DNA of 64,000 nucleotides from Macrostomum hystrix (GCA_950097015.1 CATNEN010000003.1:806001-870000), one strand, 5' to 3'; shown: positions 12,401-25,360, counted from the stretch's first letter. Notes: a model not told the origin generated them from the letters alone. A program made the numbers and translations.

Positions 12401-15400
12401 TGGAGAGATGAGACACGAGAGAGATGAGATACTGGAGAGATGAGACAGAGAGTGACGAGACACGGGAGAGATGAGACACTGGAGAGTTGAAACACGGGAG
12501 AGATGAGACACTGGAGAGTTGAAACACGAGAGAGATGAGATACTGGTGAGATGAGACACGAGAGAGATGAGACAGGGGAGAGATGAGACAAGGGAGAGAT
12601 GAGACACGAGAGAGATGAGATACTGGAGAGATGAGACACGAGAGAGATGAAATACTGGAGAGATGAGATACTGGAGAAATGAGACACGAGAGAGATGAGA
12701 TACTGGAGAAATGAGACACGAGAGAGATGAGATACTGGAGAGATGAGACACGAGAGAGATGAGATACTGGAGAGATGAGACACGAGAGAGATGAGATACT
12801 GGAGAGATGAGACACGAGAGAGATAAGATACTGGAGAGATGAGACACGAGAGAGATGAAATACTGGAGAGATGAGACACTGGAGAGATGAGACACGGGAG
12901 AGATGAGACAGAGAGTGACGAGACACGGGAGAGATGAGACACTGGAGAGTTGAAACACGGGAGAGATGAGACACTGGAGAGTTGAAACACGAGAGAGATG
13001 AGATACTGGAGAGATGAGACACAGGAGAGATGAGACACGGGAGAGATGAGACAGAGAGTGACGAGACACGGGAGAGATGAGACACTGGAGAGTTGAAACA
13101 CGGGAGAGATGAGACTCTCAATGTCCCGTTGGGGTTGGCCTTCATGGAGGGTAATGCACAGTAAACCCCAAGCCTTCTCTGCGCCTTAATTAATGTACTA
13201 GAGCGTGGGCAATTTGCTACACCTCAAACCCAAAAGGTTAGCTATGCCTAGGTGAATCATTCAGTCTACCTGCCTCAGTCTGATTGCATTTCCAGATAGA
13301 GCCAGCGCGAACGCCGAAGCTGCTGCCAGAGAAAACTGAGTCAAAGCCGAAGGTTTCTCAGCGTCGCCGCTCGCTGCCGCAGGCTCCGGAACCGAAGGTA
13401 AAACGTAACTTTGAATAATGAAGTCGCATAACAAAAAATTGAGAGCACGAGACTTTTCCTCAGACGTTTTTCCCGCTGAGTTTTTCCTCACCACGAAGAA
13501 CACTTCCGCAGCCTTCCTCTGAAGCGGAATCATATTGTAAACTGGTGTAAACCCCGCCAAGATATCTGGAATTTGCTGGCGGACAGCATGTGATTATTCC
13601 TGGCAGACAAAGCTTCGACTGTATTCTGCAATATTCGTGGGGAAAGCACTGGAGTGTTTCGGTACGAAAACCCCCGGCGGGAAAGTCTCGGCGGGGAAAA
13701 CGCATGCGGGAAAAACTCATATAAACCCCAATAAATCGATAATTTACTGTCGTTTTGAAGCTTCTCCGCGAGCTTCGCGAGCCTCGACAGATGACCAGCC
13801 TGGCGCCCACCACCCTAGTGCTGGACCGATTCGGTGTCGAGGGCGGCAGCCACTTGCGACGGGTCAGCAGCGAGGACGCCAGGACGTCGTTGCAGTTCTC
13901 TGAACGTCCGCGACTGCAGCAGCTGGCAAGTCAACTGACGCCCTTGTCACCATTGCCTCCGACTCCACCTCTGCCTGACGCAGCGGAATTTTATGAATCA
14001 TCGTCGCCTGCGCAGGAATCGTCTTCCGCATCGGAGACTGGCGCTTCTGCTGCTGCGGCTGCTGGCAACGCTTCGCGACTATCGGAAACGACAAGTTTGT
14101 CCCAGTCCAGCCTGTTCCCGTCCACCAGGGCGCGCAGTAACGCGAAGACTGAGCTCGAACCTCTGCCGTTTATCGGCGAGGCGAAGCAGCAGCAGGCAGC
14201 GAATGCACCGCAGCAGTCGAAGAAGCAGTCGCGGTCACGACCAAATCGTAGGCGTCGATCGCAGGAGTCGGTTTGGTTTCAGAGCCGATCTCTGTGAGTC
14301 GCTCCTTTTGACCAGCTGTTTTTAGTTTAGTGTCATAGACTCGAGAGAACCTAATGAATAGGGGGTCCCATGGTTCATTACTTAAGTACAGCATGCTGTT
14401 TTAATTCAAAGTAAAAAACGTCTGAACACTACTACTTAAGTTCTGGTAAGTAGCAGAATACTGAAAATTAATCTTCAATGGCTGTGTTTGTTTCAGATTG
14501 AAAGAAGTGATAGAAATTACACCTACTCGTAGTTTGGTCAGATGTCAAGACAGTTGGCTGTGTATAGCTGACGGTCAGAAGATGGACAGACGTTTCAAAG
14601 ATTTTCATTTTAAGGCTTACCAGGCTACCAGATCGCTTACAACCGATGCTTTCCAGCACGATGGCGACATGGTCCGAGTCTTTGACTATTGTCGGGTCAG
14701 TAAGCGTCTGCAGTTTATACAAAGAAAAACAGCAGCGTTTTTAACCCGTCTTCATAGTCGAACAAAATAATTTTGTTATCTTTTTTTCCTCTAACTTAAG
14801 AAATTTTAGTTTCTATCGAATGTTCCCATGCACACTTGAAGAGAATTCATGTATAAGATATTTGCACGGCATGCAAGTCTTCAAACTCATTCTTCGCTTC
14901 CTTTATTTATGCTTTGTTTTTGTTTAAAAACTGATTTCATTTCATTAAAAATTCTACGCAAATGGTTTTTATTTCTCAGAATTTTTTTTCGAAAAATTAT
15001 CATCGAGAGCATTACTAATCCCAATGCCATTCAAATCCACACCAACGTACAGGGTATCGAAGCAGCGTGCAAAAGAAGCAGCTGCTGCAGAGACCGCCCA
15101 CTCAGATGAGGCTGGCACTTCGGATTTAAAACCGCCAGGAGGTCGGCAGTTCGATTCTCCGGCTGACACACCGGCAGGTGCCGCTGGTACCGGCGGATTT
15201 AACGGCGGTCTGCTGAACTTGAATTCCCGGTCTAGCACTGACAGGTGACTGAAAATATTGCTTCCAAGAGGCGGTTGGTTGTCACGGAAGATGGAAAAGA
15301 GCCACTTTGGAAACTGCTATTTCAGTGCAGAGACAGCGAGATGTTACCAGAGGCAGTGGGGTGTTACCAGAGACAGTGGGGAGTTACCAGAGGCAGTGGG

Positions 15401-18400
15401 GTGTTACCAGAGACAGTGGGTGTTACCAGAGACAGTGGGGTGTTACCAGAGACAGTGGTTGTTACCAGAGACAGTGGGGTGTTACCAGAGACAGTGGGGT
15501 GTTACCAGAGACAGTGGGTGTTACCAGAGACAGTGGGTGTTACCAGAGACAGTGGGTGTTACCAGAGGCAGTGGGGTGTTACCAGAGACAGTGGGGTGTT
15601 ACCAGAGGCAGTGGGGTGTTACCAGAGACAGTGGGTGTTACCAGAGACAGTGGGTGTTACCAGAGACAGTGGGGTGTTACCAGAGACAGTGGGTGTTACC
15701 AGAGACAGTGGGTGTTACCAGAGACAGTGGGTGTTACCAGAGGCAGTGGGGTGTTACCAGAGACAGTGGGGTGTTACCAGAGGCAGTGGGGTGTTACCAG
15801 AGACAGTGGGGTGTTACCAGAGACAGTGGGTGTTACCAGAGACAGTGGGGAGTTACCAGAGACAGTGGGGTGTTACCAGAGACAGTGGGGTGTTACCAGA
15901 GACAGTGGGGTGTTACCAGAGACAGTGGGTGTTACCAGAGACAGTGGGTGTTACCAGAGACAGTGGGTGTTACCAGAGGCAGTGGGGTGTTACCAGAGAC
16001 AGTGGGGTGTTACCAGAGGCAGTGGGGTGTTACCAGAGACAGTGGGGTGTTACCAGAGACAGTGGGTGTTACCAGAGACAGTGGGGAGTTACCAGAGACA
16101 GTGGGGTGTTACCAGAGACAGTGGGGTGTTACCAGAGGCAGTGGGGTGTTACCAGAGACAGTGGGGTGTTACCAGAGACAGTGGGGTGTTACCAGAGACA
16201 GTGGGGTGTTAACAGAGACACCCGGGTTAACAGAGACAGTGGGGTGTTACCAGAGACAGTGGGGTGTTAACAGAGACAGTGGGGTGTTAACAGAGACAGT
16301 GGGGTGTTACCAGAGACACCCGGGTTAACAGAGACAGTGGGGTGTTACCAGAGACAGTGGGGTGTTACCAGAGACAGTGGGGTGTTAACAGAGACACCCG
16401 GGTTAACAAAGACAGTGGTTGTTACCAGAGACAGTGGGGTGTTAACAGAGACAGTGGGGTGTTAACAGAGACAGTGGGGTGTTACCAGAGACACCCGGGT
16501 TAACAGAGACAGTGGGGTGTTACCAGAGACAGTGGGTGTTACCAGAGACACCCGGGTTAACAAAGACAGTGGTTGTTACCAGAGACAGTGGGGTGTTAAC
16601 AGAGACAGTGGGGTGTTACCAGAGACAGTGGGGTGTTACCAGAGACAGTGGGGTGTTACCAGAGGCAGTGGGGTGTTACCAGAGACAGTGGGGTGTTACC
16701 AGAGACAGTGGGGTGTTACCAGAGGCAGTGGGGTGTTACCAGAGACAGTGGGGTGTTACCAGAGGCAGTGGGGTGTTACCAGAGACAGTGGGGTGTTACC
16801 AGAGACAGTGGGGTGTTACCAGAGACAGTGGGGTGTTAACAGAGACACCCGGGTTAACAGAGACAGTGGGGTGTTACCAGAGACAGTGGGGTGTTAACAG
16901 AGCAGAGACAGTGGGGTGTTACCAGAGGACAGTGGGGTGTTACCAGAGACAGTGGGGTGTTACCAGAGACAGTGGGTGTTACCAGAGACAGTGGGGTTAC
17001 CAGAGCAGTGGGGTGTTACCAGAGACAGTGGGTGTTACCAGAGGCAGTGGGTGTTACCAGAGACAGTGGGGTGTTACCAGAGACAGTGGGGTGTTACCAG
17101 AGACAGTGGGGTGTTACCAGAGACACCGGGGTGTTACCAGAGACAGTGGGTGTTACCAGAGACAGTGGGGTGTTAACAGAGACAGTGGGGTGTTAACAGA
17201 GACAGTGGGGTGTTACCAGAGACACCCGGGTTAACAGAGACAGTGGGGTGTTACCAGAGACAGTGGGTGTTACCAGAGACACCCGGGTTAACAAAGACAG
17301 TGGTTGTTACCAGAGACAGTGGGGTGTTAACAGAGACAGTGGGGTGTTACCAGAGACAGTGGGGTGTTACCAGAGACAGTGGGGTGTTACCAGAGGCAGT
17401 GGGGTGTTACCAGAGACAGTGGGGTGTTACCAGAGACAGTGGGGTGTTACCAGAGACAGTGGGGTGTTACCAGAGACAGTGGGGTGTTACCAGAGGCAGT
17501 GGGGTGTTACCAGAGACAGTGGGGTGTTACCAGAGACAGTGGGGTTGTTACCAGAGACAGTGGGGTGTTAACAGAGACACCCGGGTTAACAGAGACAGTG
17601 GGGTGTTACCAGAGACAGTGGGGTGTTAACAGAGACAGTGGGGTGTTAACAGAGACAGTGGGGTGTTACCAGAGACACCCGGGTTAACAGAGACAGTGGG
17701 GTGTTACCAGAGACAGTGGGGTGTTACCAGAGACAGTGGGGTGTTAACAGAGACACCCGGGTTAACAAAGACAGTGGTTGTTACCAGAGACAGTGGGGTG
17801 TTAACAGAGACAGTGGGGTGTTAACAGAGACAGTGGGGTGTTACCAGAGACACCCGGGTTAACAGAGACAGTGGGGTGTTACCAGAGACAGTGGGTGTTA
17901 CCAGAGACACCCGGGTTAACAAAGACAGTGGTTGTTACCAGAGACAGTGGGGTGTTAACAGAGACAGTGGGGTGTTACCAGAGACAGTGGGGTGTTACCA
18001 GAGACAGTGGGGTGTTACCAGAGGCAGTGGGGTGTTACCAGAGACAGTGGGGTGTTACCAGAGACAGTGGGGTGTTACCAGAGGCAGTGGGGTGTTACCA
18101 GAGACAGTGGGGTGTTACCAGAGGCAGTGGGGTGTTACCAGAGACAGTGGGGTGTTACCAGAGACAGTGGGGTGTTACCAGAGACAGTGGGGTGTTACCA
18201 GAGACAGTGGGGTGTTACCAGAGACAGTGGGGTGTTACCAGAGACAGTGGGGTGTTAACAGAGACAGTGGGGTGTTAACAGAGACAGTGGGGTGTTACCA
18301 GAGACACCCGGGTTAACAGAGACAGTGGGGTGTTACCAGAGACAGTGGGTGTTACCAGAGACACCCGGGTTAACAAAGACAGTGGTTGTTACCAGAGACA

Positions 18401-20071
18401 GTGGGGTGTTAACAGAGACAGTGGGGTGTTACCAGAGACAGTGGGGTGTTACCAGAGACAGTGGGGTGTTACCAGAGGCAGTGGGGTGTTACCAGAGACA
18501 GTGGGGTGTTACCAGAGACAGTGGGGTGTTACCAGAGGCAGTGGGGTGTTACCAGAGACAGTGGGGTGTTACCAGAGGCAGTGGGGTGTTACCAGAGACA
18601 GTGGGGTGTTACCAGAGACAGTGGGGTGTTACCAGAGACAGTGGGGTGTTACCAGAGACAGTGGGGTGTTACCAGAGACAGTGGGGTGTTACCAGAGACA
18701 GTGGGGTGTTAACAGAGACAGTGGGGTGTTAACAGAGACAGTGGGGTGTTACCAGAGACACCCGGGTTAACAGAGACAGTGGGGTGTTACCAGAGACAGT
18801 GGGGTGTTACCAGAGACAGTGGGGTGTTAACAGAGACACCCGGGTTAACAAAGACAGTGGTTGTTACCAGAGACAGTGGGGTGTTAACAGAGACAGTGGG
18901 GTGTTAACAGAGACAGTGGGGTGTTACCAGAGACACCCGGGTTAACAGAGACAGTGGGGTGTTACCAGAGACAGTGGGTGTTACCAGAGACACCCGGGTT
19001 AACAAAGACAGTGGTTGTTACCAGAGACAGTGGGGTGTTAACAGAGACAGTGGGGTGTTACCAGAGACAGTGGGGTGTTAACAGAGACACCCGGGTTAAC
19101 AGAGACAGTGGTTGTTACCAGAGACAGTGGGGTGTTAACAGAGACAGTGGGGTGTTAACAGAGACAGTGGGGTGTTACCAGAGACACCCGGGTTAACAGA
19201 GACAGTGGGGTGTTACCAGAGACAGTGGGTGTTACCAGAGACACCCGGGTTAACAAAGACAGTGGTTGTTACCAGAGACAGTGGGGTGTTATCAGAGACA
19301 GTGGGGTGTTACCAGAGACAGTGGGGTGTTACCAGAGACACCCGGGTTAACAGAGACAGTGGTTGTTACCAGAGACAGTGGGGTGTTACCAGAGACACCC
19401 GGGTTAACAGAGACAGTGGTTGTTACCAGAGACAGTGGGGTGTTAACAGATACAGTGGGGTGTTACCAGAGACACCCGGGTTAACAGAGACAGTGGTTGT
19501 TACCAGAGACACTAGAAAGTTAAAAAATTCTATTAAATTAGATGTCACGAGAAGCAAATTAGTGACAGTTTTATGAATAGAGAAAGAAAATAACATTGCC
19601 TTAAGATTCAGCGCAATTTGAACCCATGTCAAAACGAATGCGTATGCTTTCAATTACAAAGGAAAATACATTTTTGGTTTACAATCTGCTCGTCTGCTGC
19701 TCAGAGGCCAAGAATGGCACTTATTTGTAGAAGCCGAAAAACATGTTTCCACCATTAGACAGGCCAATGAAGATCAGATTTTGCTTTTACAGTGAAGCAG
19801 GGACAATAATATTTTAGTTTATCACCGAATCTCGAGACTATAGTTAACGGCTCAGAGTATAGCCGTGACGGTTCTGGGGCAAATATGAGTTTTAAAGTCT
19901 TGAATAAAACATAATATTTAATTGTCAATAAAGTACGCACACAATGGAGCTAATGAATAAATAAATATAAAATGCTTTATGTCAATAATATTTATTCTCT
20001 AATTGCACAGGTTTAAGACGAATCTAGCCATTCTGAACAGTAAATCATTTGGAAGTCTCGCTCATCAGAGT

Positions 20072-20125
<54 letters not shown>

Positions 20126-20641
20126 GTCAATGATCGTTCAAATCACCAAAATAACTGGATGGTCAGGGAACCAACGTCAACTGGCGCCTCTGGAAGATAC
20201 AACAGACAGGGGACTCTCGTTAGACTCGGTGAGTTGGACAATACAACAGACAGGGGACTCTCGTTAGACTCGGTGAGTTGGACAATACAACAGACAGGGG
20301 ACTCTCGTTAGACTCGGTGAGTTGGACCATACAACAGACAGGGGACTCTCGTTAGACTCGGTGAGTTGGACGATACAACAGACAGGGGACTCTCGTTAGA
20401 CTCGGTGAGTTGGACGATACAACAGACAGGCGACTCTCGTCAGACTCGTTTTGCTTCGATTTGAATCGCAGTTTTAGAAGTCAGTTCGCTTTTTCGAATT
20501 TTCAAGTCTCCAATGACTAGCTGCTAGGCATTAATTTAATAAAATGGTCAATTTTCAGATCGACTAAATCGGGAGCGCAGCGTGATGCAAACGAAAAGTA
20601 TGGACTTCCCAATGAAACGACATTCGCAGAAGCTAGATTAG
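6476..20641 (+). CDS. Armadillo/HEAT-like repeat + 3x fibronectin type III protein with a long disordered polyQ-containing C-terminus (~1169 aa). 18 exons: 6476-6726, 7055-7235, 7322-7452, 7539-8003, 8382-8460, 8552-8657, 8839-9072, 9454-9644, 10209-10275, 11177-11376, 11455-11524, 11630-11760, 13296-13397, 13761-14293, 14497-14699, 14980-15244, 20011-20228, 20559-20641
   Basis: All 17 introns are GT-AG and phase-compatible (3510 nt in total, stop TAG at 20639-20641). ARM-like helices recur as NTAYILGCLAE, NAAGTIGTMAE, NAALVLARLS, NAAFALGRLV and NACFCLSCLA. FN3 signatures include LTNLSPATTYAFRVRV, SGLNPCTQYTVQV and SSLTADTEYLVTV, each with an upstream W. The start could be ATG 6476 or 6503. 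Confidence 0.8.
8085..8241 (-). mobile_element. SINE family 1, 3'-truncated (head retained), intronic
   Basis: Reverse complement has ggggtcggtggcacagcggttaccgcgtttgcctctcgcaccaaggtccctaagttcgattcc, the same head as the 1716 copy. Confidence 0.75.
9668..10020 (+). mobile_element. SINE family 1, intronic
   Basis: cgcgtttgcctctcgcaccaaggtccatgagctcgattcc head, body colinear with 1741-2010, and a (tta)n tail. Confidence 0.8.
10415..11043. repeat. GA-rich ~17-bp-unit minisatellite (gagagatgagacaggg) in intron 9 of the ARM-FN3 gene
   Basis: Tandem gagagatgagaca units with an internal ~124-bp higher-order duplication; produces spurious SHLS/CLIS ORFs. Confidence 0.9.
11926..13117. repeat. 34-bp (2x17) minisatellite gagagatgagacacgagagagatgagatactg in intron 12
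   Basis: Direct periodicity; same family as the arrays at 10415 and 63350 (the latter in reverse orientation). Confidence 0.95.
15330..19512. repeat. ~20-bp minisatellite (gttaccagagacagtggggt)n, ~4.2 kb, in intron 16, with higher-order structure
   Basis: About 200 units of 19-20 bp; variant units acacccgggttaac recur, including a 454-bp period (17838 vs 18292). Confidence 0.97.
20072..20125 (+). repeat. Coding (CAG)17CAA polyglutamine tract
   Basis: Pure CAG run, in frame within exon 17 (18 Q). Confidence 0.9.
20197..20448 (+). repeat. 44-bp tandem repeat (~5.7 copies) spanning the exon 17 splice donor
   Basis: Unit atacaacagacaggggactctcgttagactcggtgagttggacr; five copies contain ctcg|gtgagt. 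Confidence 0.9.
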
Positions 20642-21019
20642 CCGTTCGTTAAAAAAATTAAACCTTTCTTTATTTAGTTCTAGTAATCTTCCACGAACCG
20701 CTCCGATCTCTCTAACTTTTTTGTGAAAATCTGAGTAGTATATGTACATAGCAGTTTAACGATCGTCATGACAAAACGTAGTGTTCTATCATAAGCCTAA
20801 CCTCATTATTCAGTTGATCATTTTGCGAAGATTGTATTCATTGTACGTCTCATTTACTATATATTTTGAGCTAATAACTCGTAAAAAAGGAGTGAATCTC
20901 AAATTTTAAAGCTTATCTTTGCGACCTCACGAAAATAAACTGTATTACAATGCATTGGGCAGTTGATTTCTATCATCTAAAATAATCTAAAATCATCAAT
21001 CTCTTTGTGCAAAGTACTA

Positions 21020-22519
21020 AATGTCACAGAAGATAGCTGTGGAATGTCGCAGAAGATAGCTGTGGAATGTCACAGAAGATAGCTGTGGAATGTCGCAGAA
21101 GATAGCTGTGGAATATCGCAGAAGATAGCTGTGGAATGTCGCAGAAGATAGCTGTGGAATGTCGCAGAAGATAGCTGTGGAATGTCGCAGAAGATAGCTG
21201 TGGAATGTCGCAGAAGATAGCTGTGGAATGTCGCAGAAGAAGGCTGTGGAATGTCGCAGAAGAAAGTTGTGGGATGTCGCAGAAGAAGGCTGTGGAATGT
21301 CGCAGAAGAAAGCTGTGGAATGTCGCAGAAGAAAGTTGTGGAATGTCACAGAAGAAAGTTGTGGAATGTCACAGAAGATAGCTGTGGAATGTCGCAGTAG
21401 AAGGCTGTGGAATGTCGCAGAAGAAGGCTGTGGAATGTCGCAGAAGAAAGTTGTGGGATGTCGCAGAAGATAGCTGTGGAATGTCGCAGAAGAAAGCTGT
21501 AGAATGTCGCAGAAGAAAGTTGTGGAATGTCACAGAAGATAGCTGTGGAATGTCGCAGTAGAAGGCTGTGGAATGTCGCAGAAGATAGCTGTGGAATGTC
21601 GCAGAAGATAGCTGTGGAATGTCGCAGAAGAAAGCTGTAGAATGTCGCAGAAGAAAGTTGTGGAATGTCGCAGAAGAAGGCTGTGGAATGTCGCAGAAGA
21701 TGGCTGTGGAAAGTCGCAGAAGAAAGTTGTGGAATGTCGCAGAAGATAGCTGTGGAATGTCGCAGAAGAAAGTTGGGAAATATCGCAGAAGAAGGCTGTG
21801 GAATGTCGCAGAAGAAAGTTGTGGAATGTCGCAGAAGAAGGCTGTGGAATGTAACAGAAGATAGCTGTGGAATGTCGCAGAAGAAAGTTGTGGAATGTCG
21901 CAGAAGATAGCTGTGGAATGTCGCAGAAGAAAGTTGGGAAATATCGCAGAAGAAGGCTGGGGAATGTCGCAGAAGAAAGCTGTAGAATGTCGCAGAAGAA
22001 AGTTGTGGAATGTCGCAGAAGAAGGCTGTGGAATGTCGCAGAAGATGGCTGTGGAAAGTCGCAGAAGAAAGTTGTGGAATGTCGCAGAAGATAGCTGTGG
22101 AATGTCGCAGAAGAAAGTTGGGAAATATCGCAGAAGAAGGCTGTGGAATGTCGCAGAAGAAAGTTGTGGAATGTCGCAGAAGAAGGCTGTGGAATGTAAC
22201 AGAAGATAGCTGTGGAATGTCGCAGAAGAAAGTTGTGGAATGTCGCAGAAGATAGCTGTGGAATGTCGCAGAAGATAGCTGTGGAATGTCGCAGAAGATA
22301 GCTGTGGAATGTCGCAGAAGAAAGTTGTGGAATGTCGCAGAAGAAGGCTGTGGAATGTCGCAGAAGAAGGCTGTGGAATGTCACTAAAGAAAACTGTAGA
22401 ATGTCGCAGAAGAAGGCTGTGGAATGTCACTAAAGAAAACTGTGGAATGTCGCAGAAGAAGGCTGTGGAATGTCACTAAAGAAAACTGTGGAATGTCACA
22501 GAAAAAGGCTGTGGAATGT
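21020..22519. repeat. 23-bp minisatellite (gaatgtcgcagaagatagctgtg)n, ~65 copies
   Basis: Direct periodicity with a 345-bp higher-order duplication (21665 vs 22010). Confidence 0.97.
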
Positions 22520-22971
22520 GATGATGAGTTGGACAAGTGATAGAGAAGTTGCTTTATATTTTTTCCCACGAAAATTTTGGAGCTTCTGGGAATGCCTTAA
22601 AGAGCAATATTTCGTTGAGTGCATACAGGTAAAAAAAGACAAGTCCAGCGTTGACTAGGCAATGACAGACTATCAAAACAGCCAGCACCTTATAGTCTCG
22701 CCGACGCCAAGTAAAAAAAGCTATTTCGGCTAACCGAAGTCTCGGCGGCAGACTTCAAAGTAGATTTGAAGAAAAGCTCTGCTTTTGTGCGACAAAGAAA
22801 TGGGACTGAATTGGGGCATAAAAATTAAATGAGTCTTAGCAGATGAATTTCTATATTATAAAAGTCCTAATTTCTATTACGATATAATTAAGCATTAATT
22901 TTTTTTCATTCACTCAATGCTAGAGACAATTATGCGGATTCTTAAAATCTTCGGGCTTGAGCAAAGCAGTT

Positions 22972-24060
22972 AAGTTCCCAGGTAGATTTCTAGGATCCAT
23001 GGCAGACAGTTGGGTTCCAAGGTAGATTTCTAGGATCCATGGCAGACAGTTGGGTTCCAATGTATAATTCTTGGTTCCATGGTAGACAGTTGGGTTCCAA
23101 TGTAGATTTCTAGGTTCCATGGTGGACAGTTGGGTTCCAAGGTAGATTTCTAGGATCCATGGCAGACAGTTGGGTTCCAATGTAGATTTCTAGCATCCAT
23201 GGTAGACAGTTGGGTTCCAATGTAGATTTCTAGGCTCTAAGACAGCTAGGCTCCATGGAAGACAGTTGGGTTCCCAGGTAGATTTCTAGGTTCTATGGTA
23301 GACAGTTGGGTTCCAATGTAGATTTCTAGGTTCCATGGTAGACAGTTGGGTTCCCAGGTAGATTTCTAGGTTCTATGGTAGACAGTTGGGTTCCCAGGTA
23401 GATTTCTAGGTTCCATGGTAGACAGTTGGGTTCCCAGGTAGATTTCTAGGTTCCATGGTAGACAGTTGGGTTCCAATGTAGATTTCTAGGTTCCATGGTA
23501 GACAGTTGGGTTCCAATGTAGATTTCTAGGTTCCATGGTAGACAGTTGGGTTCCAAGGTAGATTTCTAGGATCCATGGGAGACAGTTGGGTTCCAAGGTA
23601 GATTTCTAGGTTCCATGCTAGACAGTTGGGTTCCAATGTAGATTTCTAGGTTCCATGGTAGACAGTTGGGTTCCCAGGTAGATTTCTAGGTTCCATGGTA
23701 GACAGTTGGGTTCCCAGGTAGATTTCTAGGTTCCATGGTAGACAGTTGGGTTCCAAGGTAGATTTCTAGGATCCATGGGAGACAGTTGGGTTCCAAGGTA
23801 GATTTCTAGGTTCCATGGTAGTCAGTTGGGTTCCAATGTATATTTCTAGCATCCATGGTAGACAGTTGGGTTCCAATGTAGATTTCTAGGCTCTAAGACA
23901 GCTAGGCTCCATGGTAGTCAGCTGGATTCCAAGCTAAGACAGCTAGGCTCCATGGTAGTCAGCTGGATTCCAAGCTAAGACAGCTAGGCTCCATGGTAGA
24001 CAGCTGGATTACAAGCTAAGACAGCTAGGCTCCATGGAAGACAGTTGGGTTCAAAGTTAG
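22972..24060. repeat. 40-bp minisatellite (gtagatttctaggttccatggtagacagttgggttccaak)n grading into a 41-bp variant
   Basis: Direct periodicity; from ~23895 the unit becomes gctaagacagctaggctccatggtagtcagctggattccaa. Confidence 0.95.
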
Positions 24061-25184
24061 ATAACTGCAGGGTTCTATTGTAGACAAATATTTACAAGGT
24101 GGACATTGATTTTAAGAAGAACACACTTCCGTGACATTTGTGCCCAATATGATTGGTAAAATATTAATTTGACGTTACTTAATAAGTTAAAAAGTCACAA
24201 ATGCCACATGCAACAGTATAATCGAGCGCATATAGTAAGTAGAAAATTATATTAACAACATTTTTTATAAACTCTGTTTGCTAATCCAGCTAACTTTGAG
24301 ACACTTGAGCAGCATCGGCCACTCAGAACGGGCACTCTCAGAGCACAGCTTCATTTTCCTTGACGTCACAGAGCCCCGCACACGGAGACGTAGAAAGAAA
24401 ATAATTCATATATGGTCTTTCTCCAGCCGGCCCGTCTGCCAGGTTGGCTCCATCAGTCCACTTCAATCTAACTCCTGGGCGTATTAAATAATGCAGTGAC
24501 CCCAGAAGGCTTATAGCATTCTGCCCTACTAAGATGGCTAAGTTAAGTGAATGATGAAGAAGTTGACGGGATGATGCGAGTGCTGCCTCATCTCACTCGC
24601 TAGCTTAATCTTATATCTCTCTTATTTAGAGACTTATTAGCAGGACTTGGCATTCATTACTTTATTACCCTCCCTTAGTTTCACACCAAAAAAGGATGCC
24701 TAGTTGTGGCATTTTTTGTCAATTATCTTCATACGCAACCCCAGCAGGCAGCATCAATTATTCATTGGGATTTGGCAGCACGCAGTTGCATATTCCTTGA
24801 CAATGAAACGCGCGCGCACAAAAACAGACACTGATGCATTTGGCGCCGCTTTGGGCTGGGCTGTAGTGCGCTGAAGTTTATTTATAAATAAAATTGCTAC
24901 TTTTTTCAGCTTTTTTGCATTGCCATAACCGGATGGAACCGCCATGCCAAGCTACGCATGCTGTTAATTTAGACAGAGCACTGAGCTGATCAGGTAATCC
25001 GGGAAGCTTAATGAGAGCCTGACTAACTCAACGGTGTTTTTCTCGCTTGTTGTTTAATTAAACTTTGACGATTTTGCCGTCTTAAAAGGAAAGGCTGTGT
25101 ATTGAAGCCTTCATTGACTAAAATCTGGAACTGATGTGTTTTTAGAATGACCAACTTTGCTCAAACTAAATCTGTTCATGAGGC

Positions 25185-25360
25185 CGCACACTCTCACAGG
25201 TGTGTATATCTGAGCCTACTTTCTCAACGCCAGTCAGTGTACACTCTCATTGTGATTTCAAGGTTGGCCTTCGACTGAAAGCACATGAAATGAATGTGGC
25301 CTCGCCGTGGATTCGAGCTCAGGGACCTTGTTGCCAGATTCGAACAAGCTAACACTGCGA
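25185..25360 (-). mobile_element. SINE family 1, degenerate
   Basis: cacactctcacaggtgtgtatatctg...gtgtacactctc...atgaatgtggcctcgccgtggattcgagctcagggaccttg is the reverse complement of the family 1 body and head. Confidence 0.65.

Noticed and set aside
10375-13145. 200-440 aa Ser/Leu/His/Cys-rich minus-strand ORFs
   Set aside because: Stop-free translations of GA-rich minisatellites inside introns of the plus-strand gene, open in all three frames.
13755-14297. Stop codon at 14297 as the end of the ARM-FN3 gene
   Set aside because: The TGA lies in a strong donor (ct|gtgagt), and four further phase-compatible exons follow; it could remain as an intron-retention isoform.
15245-19576. Long repetitive ORFs (VLPETVGCYQRQWGVTRDSG)n
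   Set aside because: Translations of a 20-bp intronic minisatellite, open in several frames; flanking exons 16 and 17 splice across it in frame.
21017-22569. Cys/Arg-rich and Phe-rich repetitive ORFs
   Set aside because: Artefacts of the 23-bp minisatellite.
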